Shown: positions 1 to 9,368 of the stretch, one piece after another
Numbering within the stretch: the first letter of the stretch is position 1
Layout of the letters: each line of letters opens with the position of its first letter
DNA from: Thermomicrobiales bacterium
GTDB lineage: Bacteria > Chloroflexota > Chloroflexia > Thermomicrobiales > UBA6265
NCBI GenBank assembly: GCA_035708745.1
Contig: DASTFJ010000250.1
Coordinates: forward strand, 76,987-140,986
DNA: 64,000 nt
Direction: 5' to 3'
Position numbers and translations under genes: made by a program
Notes under the pieces: model-generated
Seen by the model: only the letters and a program-made list of their open reading frames with translations
Database searches by the model: none
Told to the model about the DNA's origin: nothing

Positions 1-323
1 AGCGCGTCGACGGCGTCACGCTCAACGGGCCGGCGCTCGATACCGATCGACTCGCGAACAATTTGAATCTGACGATCGACGGCGTCCAGGGCGAAACGGT
101 GTTGCTCAATCTCGATATGACCGGTATCGCGGCATCAGCCGGATCGGCCTGCACCACGGGAAACGTGCAACCGAGTCATGTGCTCAAGGCGATGGGATTC
201 TCCGACGAGCAATGCCGCACCAGCGTTCGACTCACCGTCGGCCGCTGCAACGACACGGACCAGATCGCGGATGCAGCCGAGAGTCTGGCCGACGCGGTGT
301 TACGAATTCGCCAGCTCGCCTGA
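1..323 (+). CDS. Cysteine desulfurase (IscS/NifS family), C-terminal fragment; 5' end lies outside the window
   Basis: The frame is open from the window edge. The translation GIAASAGSACTTGNVQPSHVLKAMG...VRLTVGR shows the active-site Cys loop and C-terminus typical of class-V aminotransferase cysteine desulfurases. Confidence 0.85.
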   Translation, partial: RVDGVTLNGPALDTDRLANNLNLTIDGVQGETVLLNLDMTGIAASAGSACTTGNVQPSHVLKAMGFSDEQCRTSVRLTVGRCNDTDQIADAAESLADAVLRIRQLA

Positions 324-980
324 ATCGTCCGCGGCGACGAGCACCGACGCCCCGATCAGCTCGAACTTCGGTTCGGCTTGTTCTGCTTCATCGATCTTGG
401 CTTGCAGCACATCGCCCAGGGCCACACCATCGCTCGTACCGAGCGGTGGTAGCTCGTCCAGCGACGAGAGACCGAAATGCTGCAGGAAGGCGGGACTCGT
501 CACGTATTGATACGGCTGCCCGGGGGTATCGGCCCTACCCCCAGTTTCGATGAGACCGCGTGACAGCAACGTGGACAGCACCCCGCTCGAATCGACGCCC
601 CGAACCGCTTCGATCGTGCCGCGGGTTACGGGTTGCCGATAGGCAACGATTGCCACCGTCTCCAGCGCAGCGCTGGAAAGGCGCGCTTCTCGTTCCAGTC
701 CCAGGAAACGCCGGATTTGACCGGCAAATCGCGGTGCGGTCGCAAGCTGCACCTGATCGCGATGCCGCTGCACCACCCAACCGCGATCCTCGATCGCGAT
801 CAGCCGGTCCACCGCATCGTCGATCTCGTCGAGACGGGCACCCGAAACCTCCGCCAGATCGCCGATTGCTACCGGGCCCGAGGCAACCAGCAACAGCGCC
901 TCGATCAATGCCGGCAGCTCGGTTTCGATTTCTCGTGGATCGCGCATCTCGAGCGCAATCACCTGTTCGGTTTCAACCAT
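300..980 (-). CDS. scpB: Segregation and condensation protein B
   Basis: 226-aa ORF. The LIEALLLVASGPV...IAYRQPVTRGTIEAVRGVDSSGVLSTLLSRGLI pattern is typical of ScpB, and the gene lies downstream of scpA. Confidence 0.85.
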   Translation of the reverse strand: MVETEQVIALEMRDPREIETELPALIEALLLVASGPVAIGDLAEVSGARLDEIDDAVDRLIAIEDRGWVVQRHRDQVQLATAPRFAGQIRRFLGLEREARLSSAALETVAIVAYRQPVTRGTIEAVRGVDSSGVLSTLLSRGLIETGGRADTPGQPYQYVTSPAFLQHFGLSSLDELPPLGTSDGVALGDVLQAKIDEAEQAEPKFELIGASVLVAADDSGELANS

Positions 981-1066
981 CTGTTCGTATCCACTCCAGC
1001 CAGTGGGCGAGTACCCAGTCGCTCGATCGTGCTCGAGGTCCTCGTCAATCTGTCAACAGAGATCAA

Positions 1067-1118
1067 GTGTCCAGAGTCCAGAGCCACGCTTAGGAGTCAG
1101 CTACCGGACTCTGGACAC
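1067..1118. repeat. Perfect 13-bp inverted repeat in the scpA-scpB spacer
   Basis: GTGTCCAGAGTCC (1067-1079) and GGACTCTGGACAC (1106-1118) are exact reverse complements separated by 26 nt. Confidence 0.6.
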
Positions 1119-1157
1119 CCGACCCTGGACCTCAAATTGGCCCTTGCAAACACTCCC

Positions 1158-1934
1158 CTAGAACTCCTCGATGTTTTCGAAGAACGGCGTCGGGTCGTCT
1201 CCGAGTCGCCGAACCGTAATCGGTCCAAATGGCTCGTCCTGCTCAGCATCGGCTGCGCCCCGCCGGATCATGACGAGCAATCCGAGAAAAAGCGCACGCC
1301 GTTCCGACGCATCCGAGCAGGACTGCGCGGCGATACGCTCGAATGAGTGCATCCCTCCGCTCAGGGCGTCGCTCAACCGGCCGATCATCTCCCGCAGGCT
1401 TACCGCCGGTTTGACCAGCACCATCTGGCGGACCGGCTCGACCACCACCAGCTTACGCTGCAATGCGCGTGCCAGCCACGACGCCTCGTGCCGGCCGAGC
1501 GGCAGCTCCTTCGGTTTGTCTGGCAGCTCGATCGCATCGGTGCTGGGAGAAAACGCCACCAACCCAAGCTTATCGATCTGCGCGAACTGTTTCGCTGCTT
1601 CCTTGATCGCCTTGTATTCGAGCAGCTGCACCACCAGGCCCTCTTCGTCGATGTCCTCGACTGGCGCCGGCGGGCGAGGAATCAGCGAGCGCGCTTTGAT
1701 CGCCACCAACCGGCTGCCAACCGCCGTGAATTCCGCAACGGTTTCCGGCGCCGATCCATCGAGCTCGCGCGCCGCCTGCAGGAACTGTCCGCTTACCAGT
1801 GCCAGCGAAACCTCGGAGATCGGGAGCTGTTGTTTTTCGATCAGACGCAGGAGAACATCGAGCGGCCCTTCGAAGGTCGGAAGGTGCAGCTGCCAGGTAA
1901 AGGCGGTGTCGTGGTCGAAGGTGATCGCGCTCAT
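1158..1934 (-). CDS. scpA: Segregation and condensation protein A
   Basis: 258-aa ORF. The N-terminal FEGPLDVLLRLIEKQQLPISEVSLA signature is typical of ScpA/kleisin. Confidence 0.85.
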   Translation of the reverse strand: MSAITFDHDTAFTWQLHLPTFEGPLDVLLRLIEKQQLPISEVSLALVSGQFLQAARELDGSAPETVAEFTAVGSRLVAIKARSLIPRPPAPVEDIDEEGLVVQLLEYKAIKEAAKQFAQIDKLGLVAFSPSTDAIELPDKPKELPLGRHEASWLARALQRKLVVVEPVRQMVLVKPAVSLREMIGRLSDALSGGMHSFERIAAQSCSDASERRALFLGLLVMIRRGAADAEQDEPFGPITVRRLGDDPTPFFENIEEF

Positions 1935-1970
1935 GCGGGGACGATTGTACGCAGCGGAGGGGCCGTTGGG

Positions 1971-2522
1971 CTACGACGCAAAGTCGGCGCCCTGCAAGCG
2001 CGCGAGATCGGCGTCATCCAGATCGCTCTCCGCCTCGTGATGTCGGATCAGCCAGCACGTCCGCTCACTACAACCCAATTCCCGGGCGGTCTGGGCGCCG
2101 ATCTCTGAATGCCGCATCGTTAACGCGAGACCTTTGAAATGGCCGTTTGGATATCCTGCGGCGATCCTCTGCAACACCCCTGGACAACATCGCTTCAACA
2201 GCACCTTCCCAACCCGGTCGGGCAACCTGACGCAAGAGCCACGATCGCACTTTCCGATGTCGTGCAGCAAGCCGGCGACAATCACATCCGGATCTGACAC
2301 TCCTTGGGCAATGAGGTGGTTGGCGACCCTGCAGAGATGTTGCTGATCGAATGCCGGCATTTGCTCGAACCGGGTGCGCTGCACCGGAGTCAGATAGTGC
2401 AGCGACGACCGATCGACATGCGCTCCGGCCCAACCTGGAACCAGACCACGAAGCCCCTGCAGGAGGCGTTTTCGGGCGAACGCGGCGGTCGATTGATCGC
2501 TCATGACGATCTCCGCGTTCAC
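1971..2522 (-). CDS. HD-domain protein (metal-dependent phosphohydrolase family)
   Basis: LLHDIGK motif. The start is either GTG at 2522 (GTGA overlap with the upstream stop) or ATG at 2504. Confidence 0.7.
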   Translation of the reverse strand: MNAEIVMSDQSTAAFARKRLLQGLRGLVPGWAGAHVDRSSLHYLTPVQRTRFEQMPAFDQQHLCRVANHLIAQGVSDPDVIVAGLLHDIGKCDRGSCVRLPDRVGKVLLKRCCPGVLQRIAAGYPNGHFKGLALTMRHSEIGAQTARELGCSERTCWLIRHHEAESDLDDADLARLQGADFAS

Positions 2523-3271
2523 AACAGCAACCGCACCAGCAGGTTGCGCACGGGATCGATCATCTCGCTGGTGAGTGACGAACCAATCCGCCCACCCAGG
2601 AAGAAGATCAGGAACAGGATCAGGAAACCGTAGCGTTCCAGCGGAGCCAGCACCGGGGTCCAGAACCTCGGCAGGATACCGACCATGATCTTATAACCGT
2701 CGAGCGGCGGCAGCGGGATTGCATTGAACGACGCCAGCAGGACATTCACCCAGAAGAACCAATACGCCACATATCCGAAATCACTGGTGTTTGCATTGGT
2801 GTTTCGCACGACGACTGCCGCAAGCGCCGCCAGTACGACATTGGTCAGCGGGCCGGCCAACGCCACGAGCGCCATGCCCCGGTGCCGCTGGTCTGGCGGC
2901 AACACCCGAAGCTGGCTTGGATTGACCGGAACCGGTTTACCCCATCCGATGAAGTTGTACCCCAATGAAATGAGCACCATGCCCATGAAGCCGAACGGCT
3001 CGAAATGGGACACCGGATTCAGCGTCACTCGCCCCTGCCGCTCGGCCGTGGTATCGCCCAATCGGAGCGCTACCACTGCGTGCATGAGCTCGTGCACAGA
3101 GATCGCCACCACAAAGCACAGCAGCACCGTGACGATCTGTTTGGTTGGCGGCAGCGTGTGATTGTTCAACAGCTGCCCCAGGAGCAGGAGCAGCATGATG
3201 ATATAGATCCCGGAATTCGGACTTCCGCGGCTTACAAAATGCAGCTTATGCCGGTCGGGATCGTGCAGCAC
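2519..3271 (-). CDS. Site-2 protease family zinc metalloprotease (peptidase M50)
   Basis: HELMHAVVA (HExxH) motif inside a polytopic membrane protein. GTG start at 3271. Confidence 0.8.
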   Translation of the reverse strand: MLHDPDRHKLHFVSRGSPNSGIYIIMLLLLLGQLLNNHTLPPTKQIVTVLLCFVVAISVHELMHAVVALRLGDTTAERQGRVTLNPVSHFEPFGFMGMVLISLGYNFIGWGKPVPVNPSQLRVLPPDQRHRGMALVALAGPLTNVVLAALAAVVVRNTNANTSDFGYVAYWFFWVNVLLASFNAIPLPPLDGYKIMVGILPRFWTPVLAPLERYGFLILFLIFFLGGRIGSSLTSEMIDPVRNLLVRLLL

Positions 3272-3274
3272 CGG

Positions 3275-4314
3275 CTATGCGCCGGAACCCGGGTAGAGAT
3301 GGCACGCGACGAAGTGCTCGTTACCCTGATCGGCCAGGATCGGGTCGATCTGCTTACAGACATCCATCACATACGGGCACCGAGTGTGGAAATGACACCC
3401 GCTCGGTGGATTGATCGGGCTCGGCACGTCACCGGTCAGGATGATCCGCTCCCGCTTTCGCTCGATGACCGGATCCGGAATCGGAACTGCGGACAGGAGT
3501 GCTTTCGTATAGGGATGCAACGGATCGTCATACAACGCGTTCCGCCCCGCCAATTCGACGATCTTGCCCAGATACATCACGGCTACGCGGTCGGAGATAT
3601 GGCGCACGACCGAGAGGTCGTGGGCGATGAAGAGATACGTCAGACTGAATTCGTTCTGCAGATCTTCCAGCAGGTTAACGATCTGCGCCTGAATCGACAC
3701 GTCCAACGCGGAGACCGGCTCGTCGCAAACGATGAAGTCCGGATTCGCCGCCAGCGCCCGGGCAATGCCGATCCGCTGCCGCTGACCCCCGGAAAACTCA
3801 TGCGGATAGCGATTGGCGAAATATGGATTGAGACCGACCGTCTGGAGGAGCTCCTGCACCCGCTGGTTGCGCTGATTTTTCGGCACCAGATTGTGAATTT
3901 GCATTGGCTCGGAGACGATGCTGCCGACCGTCATACGTGGATTCAGCGACGCATAGGGATCCTGGAAGATCATCTGCAGGTGGCGGCGCATCTTGCGCAT
4001 CTCGCCACCATTCAACTTGGTGAGGTCCTGACCGTTGAAGATCACTTCGCCCGCCGTCGGCTTGTACAGCTGCAAGATCGCGCGGCCGGTGGTCGACTTG
4101 CCGCAACCCGACTCTCCCACCAGTCCGAGGGTCTCGCCTTTCTTGACGGAGAGCGACACGCCATCCACGGCTTGCACCGCGCCGACCTTCTTCTGGAAAA
4201 TGATTCCTTGGGTCAGCGGAAAGTGCATGACCAGATTGCGCACGTCGAGCAGCGGTTGCTGTCCATCGACGTTGCCGCTGGCGGCAATCGCAGACGTCTG
4301 GTTATCGACCGCCA

Positions 4315-4315
<1 letters not shown>
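3275..4315 (-). CDS. Oligopeptide/dipeptide-type ABC transporter ATP-binding protein (OppF/DppF-like)
   Basis: Walker [10 protein letters not shown], signature FSGGQRQR, Walker [13 protein letters not shown], and a Cys-rich Opp-type C-terminal tail. I chose the ATG at 4315, which overlaps the upstream stop (TGATG), not the longer track ORF. Confidence 0.85.
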
Positions 4316-5391
<1,076 letters not shown>

Positions 5392-5714
5392 CTTTCGCCC
5401 TTTCAACGGGAATCGAACGTAGTTCTCGTCAGACTAACAGGAGCGTTCCTGCTCCGTTTGGTCATCCGTCACGCACCCAGCGTCGACCGCCGGTCAGCCA
5501 CCATCGAAGCTGCTTTGATTCAACAGAACGGACGCGCGGCGAATATAACACGCCCTCGACGAACCAGAAAAGGGTGTTGCGGCATGCTGAAACATTATCT
5601 CACAGCCGCGTCAGCGAGATTCCAGCCACGCATCAATCCGAATATCGTTTCGTCTGCCATGGGCGGTTTACGGAATCCAGCAACGGCTGCCTGCACCGTC
5701 GATTGCACGCAGGG

Positions 5715-5748
5715 CAAAACACCCACTGGAGTCCAATCCAGTGGGTGT
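5715..5748 (-). terminator. Intrinsic terminator after the DUF2807-like gene
   Basis: 11-bp perfect stem (5719-5729 / 5738-5748) with an 8-nt loop, followed on the minus strand by a short U run (UUUG). Confidence 0.55.
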
Positions 5749-5777
5749 TCCATCGAGAGCCCGTTCGAACGCGACGC

Positions 5778-6512
5778 TCAAGCACCGAGTGCTTCGAACG
5801 GCAACTGCGTGACCTTGGCCGCGTCTTCCGTACTGACCGAAACGGTGCCCGATTCGGTCATGTAGTCGATGACCGCGGCGTCTTCCGCCTGGCCGGTCAA
5901 CGTTTCCGAGAAGCGCACCTTGCTGTGAGCATTGCCTTCGGCCTCGATCTCGATCGTCTTGCTATCGAGCTGCAGTGCGTCGAGGGTGGCATTGTCCTCG
6001 GTTTGGACCTGCTGCGATTCCGCGCTGCCCGCGATCGACACGCTCGCGTTCCCTTCGACCTGGGACTCCAGGCGCTGGACCGCAAGCTTCGTGACTTGCA
6101 AACTCGTATTGTCTTCTACCGAGATCTCGAGCGAATCGACGGTCAGTCCATCGACTTCAGCGGTAACGGCTCCCTCGAGCTCGATTTGCGAGAGCGACGG
6201 AACGGTGATGTGATAGACCAGATCGGCGCCGGACGATTGGTTGTCATCGTCGTTCGGCTCGATCTCCAACGTGTTGAACCACACCTGCACCTGCAGATTC
6301 GAGATTTGGTCCTGCGGACCAGACACCGTCACCGCCGCCGGCGACCCGATGGTGATGATCGCATGCCCGGCTCCCTCGATTTGCAGCTGAGAGAAATCAC
6401 TCACCTCGAACGGCGTGCCATCGGCCTGCGCCGACGCCGACCCATACCCCACGCCCGTCATCAATACGGCCGCGGCCGCCAATGCGCCAATTCTTGACCA
6501 CGACGATTGCAT
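5778..6512 (-). CDS. Secreted repeat protein, DUF2807-like (putative adhesin head/GIN-type beta-helix)
   Basis: ATG at 6512 (MQSSWSRIGALAAAAVL, signal-peptide-like) is preceded by AGGAGG. The sequence has repetitive G/N/S-rich beta-strand periodicity. Confidence 0.7.
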   Translation of the reverse strand: MQSSWSRIGALAAAAVLMTGVGYGSASAQADGTPFEVSDFSQLQIEGAGHAIITIGSPAAVTVSGPQDQISNLQVQVWFNTLEIEPNDDDNQSSGADLVYHITVPSLSQIELEGAVTAEVDGLTVDSLEISVEDNTSLQVTKLAVQRLESQVEGNASVSIAGSAESQQVQTEDNATLDALQLDSKTIEIEAEGNAHSKVRFSETLTGQAEDAAVIDYMTESGTVSVSTEDAAKVTQLPFEALGA

Positions 6513-6864
6513 TTCGCTTCCTCCTGGCGCCGGCTGGCGCTGATTCGTTCCAGCTTGCCTCTCATTTTGTTTGTGCCCGTCCAGGCGTTCACGCATTGTA
6601 ATGAGGGGCGTTCACCACCAGCAGCCCAAAACTCTGGTTCCCCGCACAATATCGGATCGGATCGCTCTTCGTCTCTCCTGCAAATGGAGGGTATTTCGTC
6701 CGAGGCGGTCACTTCAGGCGTCAGCAATAGCTGAGGAGGCCATTTGACGCCGCGCGCTGCGTACGTACGCTTTGCGGACAATTTTTGGGAACGCCCAGAA
6801 TTACATAGAATTTTCGTCCACTGGGTGTATGTACATTGACTCGGAGTCATGCTATTCTGCCTCT

Positions 6865-7317
6865 GCATTGGTTTTGCCTAGCCGGTGTGCTGAAGCAGTA
6901 AAGCTCAGTCGCCTCGGTCACAACAGGGAACACGCGGGGCGTGAAGTTCATCCCCCGAGTGATGTGACCGGTACCCAGCGAGACATCCGACGCTACGTAA
7001 GGTATCGTGCGACGGATGGAGAGCTTCGACAGCTCCCGCAGTCGTTCTCGGACGACGGCACTTCCGCAAGGAAGCCCCATTCCTTACGAATGGCGGGGAG
7101 AACTGGATTACGTTCCAGCAACGGCAGCAAAAGTGGCGGTCGAGCGTACGGCGCAACCTTCACGGGCAACGGCGCACGAATCGATTGAAGCCAATCGAAG
7201 CAAAGCGGAACGCAAGTGACGCAATGTGGAGAACGGTGAAATTCCAATCAAATGGACCATGCTGCTGATAGGCTGGTACGTCCCCAAAGGCTTCGGCCAG
7301 AGGGGGCGTACTTTTTT
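6865..7317 (+). ncRNA. Candidate large structured non-coding RNA, family unknown; 5' end uncertain
   Basis: No credible ORF. There is an array of tight hairpins, including GNRA (GCAA) and UUCG loops that read correctly only on the plus strand. The unit ends at a strong terminator. A possible promoter is TGTACA-N17-TATTCT at 6830-6858. Confidence 0.4.
7276..7317 (+). terminator. Rho-independent terminator
   Basis: 10-bp stem GUACGUCCCC / GGGGGCGUAC (one G-U pair) with an inner GGC-UUCG-GCC cap, followed by UUUUUU (7312-7317). Confidence 0.75.
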
Positions 7318-7364
7318 CCCCAGGACACCGTTTTCCATGACCCATTGGCACAGTCCAGCCCTAG

Positions 7365-7956
7365 ATGGCGTACGGGTTCGCCCGACCGCGCGTCCTGCTC
7401 ATCGACCGGCGCGGCTGCGCCCTCCTCTTCTGCGCGGCCGGTTCCGATGGGCAGCCGTTCTGGTTCACTCCCGGAGGCGGGCCCAAACCAGATGAGACAC
7501 CGGAAGCTGCAGTTCTCCGGGAGCTCGAAGAAGAAACCGGACTCCGCCACGCCGGAGCTCGAACGAGAAATCTGGTGGCGCACGCTGCATATCCCATTCG
7601 ATGGAGAAGTGCGCGAGATCCACCAGCGATGGTTTCTCGTTCGTACCGATCGCTTTGTGCTCTGCACCTCCGTTTTCGATCAATTGGAGCTCGACACTAT
7701 GATCGAGCACCGCTGGTGGACTGCCAGCGAGCTTCGAGCTACCTCCGACCGAATCGTTCCGGCAGATCTCGGCGCCAGGTTGGCCGATCTGCTGCGCGGT
7801 GGTTCACCCGCGATTCCCGTGGATATCTCGACCGGTCACGTTCGATTGCGGTGTCCTGAATTTCACTGGGTCGAGCTGCATGCTAGGCTGGCGCTTGGGT
7901 GGCCGTGGGCACTCGCCGAACGCCTTCCGATTCAATTGCCATCCTTCAGCATTTAG
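7365..7956 (+). pseudogene. Nudix hydrolase with an apparent +1 frameshift near 7551-7553
   Basis: The Nudix box GGGPKPDETPEAAVLRELEEETGL is in the frame starting at 7365. The conserved C-terminal part (ELEREIWWRTLHIPFDG...HRWWTASEL) continues in the frame that ends at 7956. Confidence 0.7.
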
Positions 7957-7963
7957 AGGAACC

Positions 7964-8716
7964 GTGAATCCCTCGACACGACCCAACGGTCAAGAGGCAG
8001 CCACGCCAATGCACGTCACAGGACACGACCTCGGCGAAATCCGTCTCTTCGCCCACCTACCGGTCACGACGCTCCAGGCGATTGCCGAGCGAGGCCGCAT
8101 CGAGCGCGTTCATCGCGGAGACTTCCTCTTCTTCGAAGGAGATCCGGCCACCAGCGCCCATTTTCTGCTCGACGGCCGAGTGAAAATCGTCCACGAAACG
8201 GAAGACGGACAAGAAGTCATTCTTCGCCTGGTCCAGACCGGGGATATTTTCGGTGGCGCCGGCGGTTGGGGCGATCGTGTCTATCCCGCGACGGCCATCG
8301 CGTTGGACGATGCCCTCATTTTCATCGTTCCGGTCTCAGCATTCACCTTGCTCCTCACCCGCTATCCCGAATTTGCAATGGCGATGATCCAGGAAATGGG
8401 AACGCGCCTGCGCGAAGCCGAGGCTCGCATTCGCGAATTGCAAGCCGAACGCGTCGAACGCCGCATCGCTCGCACCCTGCTGCGATTGGCCGGCAAAACC
8501 GGAACGAAAACCAACGAGGGCATCCAGATCGAACTTCCGCAGTCCCGCCAGCATTTGGCGGACCTTTCTGGCGCCACGCTTAGCACAGTCAGCCGGGTCC
8601 TGAGCGAGTGGGACCGCCAGGGGCTGATTGTCGCTGGCCGTGAGCGCCTGACCATCGCAAAACCTCATCAACTCGTCATGATCGCGGAAGACGCGACCGC
8701 ATCCGACCAGGATTGA
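7964..8716 (+). CDS. Crp/Fnr family transcriptional regulator
   Basis: cNMP-binding-like N-terminal domain and a C-terminal HTH (QHLADLSGATLSTVSRVLSEW). GTG at 7964 follows AGAGGA. An alternative ATG lies at 8009. Confidence 0.85.
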   Translation: MNPSTRPNGQEAATPMHVTGHDLGEIRLFAHLPVTTLQAIAERGRIERVHRGDFLFFEGDPATSAHFLLDGRVKIVHETEDGQEVILRLVQTGDIFGGAGGWGDRVYPATAIALDDALIFIVPVSAFTLLLTRYPEFAMAMIQEMGTRLREAEARIRELQAERVERRIARTLLRLAGKTGTKTNEGIQIELPQSRQHLADLSGATLSTVSRVLSEWDRQGLIVAGRERLTIAKPHQLVMIAEDATASDQD

Positions 8717-8733
8717 CTTTCCATTTCGCTTCT

Positions 8734-8747
8734 TTGCGCTAGCGCAA
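8734..8747. promoter_or_regulatory. Perfect 14-bp palindrome TTGCGCTAGCGCAA (Crp/Fnr-type box, TTGCG-N4-CGCAA)
   Basis: Seen directly. It lies 18 bp after the regulator stop and about 60 bp upstream of the next gene start. Confidence 0.6.
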
Positions 8748-8807
8748 CGACAACTCCTCACCGAAGTGAGAGCCTGAGACTGAAATGAGAGGTCGCAGGA
8801 GTCGCTG

Positions 8808-9038
8808 GTGCCCAAACACGCGGAAACAATCACGAGCGAAACCGTAATCGATTGGGTAATGACCACCTACCCGAGCACGGTTTCCGTGTTTCTCCACTGG
8901 CGCATGCAGTGCGTCGGTTGCCCAATCGCAAGGTTCGAATCGATTGCAGACGCCTGTCTGATGCACCAGCGACCGGTTGGGCCATTCCTCACCGAGCTCC
9001 GCATGGCAGCAGCTGAAGTCATCCCGGAACAGTTATGA
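8808..9038 (+). CDS. DUF1858-type redox-disulfide domain protein (hybrid-cluster-protein-associated type)
   Basis: 76 aa with CVGC (CxxC) in the MQCVGCPIA context. GTG start at 8808 is preceded by AGGAG. Confidence 0.7.
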   Translation: MPKHAETITSETVIDWVMTTYPSTVSVFLHWRMQCVGCPIARFESIADACLMHQRPVGPFLTELRMAAAEVIPEQL

Positions 9039-9054
9039 CGAGCGCAAGGGAACT

Positions 9055-9366
9055 ATGGAAACAATGACGGAAACCGAAGCCTCCGTATGGGACGTGCTTC
9101 ACAGTGTCATCGACCCGGAGGTGGGTATCAACATCGTCGATCTCGGATTGGTGTACGGCGTCGATATCGACGGTGACGATGTCAAGGTCACCATGACCCT
9201 GACCACACCCGGCTGCCCGCTGCACGACACCATTGCCGAGGCAGTCGATACCTCGATTCACTATTTCGTTCCCTATTGCGAAAACGTTAGCATCGACCTC
9301 GTCTGGGAGCCGCGCTGGTCCCCGTCGATGATTACCGAGGCTGGTCTGAAAGCGCTGGGTTGGTAA
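9055..9366 (+). CDS. DUF59/MIP18-family metal-sulfur cluster assembly factor (SufT/PaaD-like)
   Basis: VIDPEVGINIVDLGLVY and TLTTPGCPL motifs. ATG at 9055 follows AAGGGA. Confidence 0.8.
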   Translation: METMTETEASVWDVLHSVIDPEVGINIVDLGLVYGVDIDGDDVKVTMTLTTPGCPLHDTIAEAVDTSIHYFVPYCENVSIDLVWEPRWSPSMITEAGLKALGW

Positions 9367-9368
9367 AG

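Noticed and set aside
5392-5440. CUGACGAG...GAAAG on the minus strand upstream of the oppD-like start, resembling a hammerhead ribozyme core.
   Set aside because: After the putative stem II (GAAC/GUUC) the sequence is GAUU, not the required GAAA, and no stem I / stem III arrangement can be drawn.
6744-6839. 31-codon ORF (TTG start, GAGGAGG 4 nt upstream) just before the candidate ncRNA.
   Set aside because: Non-ATG start, very short Shine-Dalgarno spacing, and no recognisable peptide features. This is not enough support to call a CDS.
6865-7317. Known RNA families for the hairpin-rich unit: RNase P, tmRNA, cobalamin / TPP / glycine riboswitches, group II intron domain V, 23S rRNA fragment.
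   Set aside because: There is no GGAAAGUCC-type P4 sequence, no tRNA-like GGUUCGAnUCC end or tag ORF, and no GCCACUG B12 box on the correct strand. AGGGAA and GGUGAAAUUCC are about 300 nt apart and unpaired. CUGGAUUACGUUCCAGC lacks the upstream CUGAGA needed for TPP. GAGCGUACGG has no complementary 3' strand for domain V. ACGAAUGGCG and GAAAUUCC occur in the wrong order for 23S rRNA. The unit is left as family unknown.
7252-7560. N-terminal part of the 234-aa ORF 7252-7956 (MDHAADRLV...) as the real start of a gene.
   Set aside because: It overlaps the terminator at 7276-7317 and has no Nudix-like sequence. Only its C-terminal ~135 aa are genuine, joined by a frameshift to the ORF starting at 7365.
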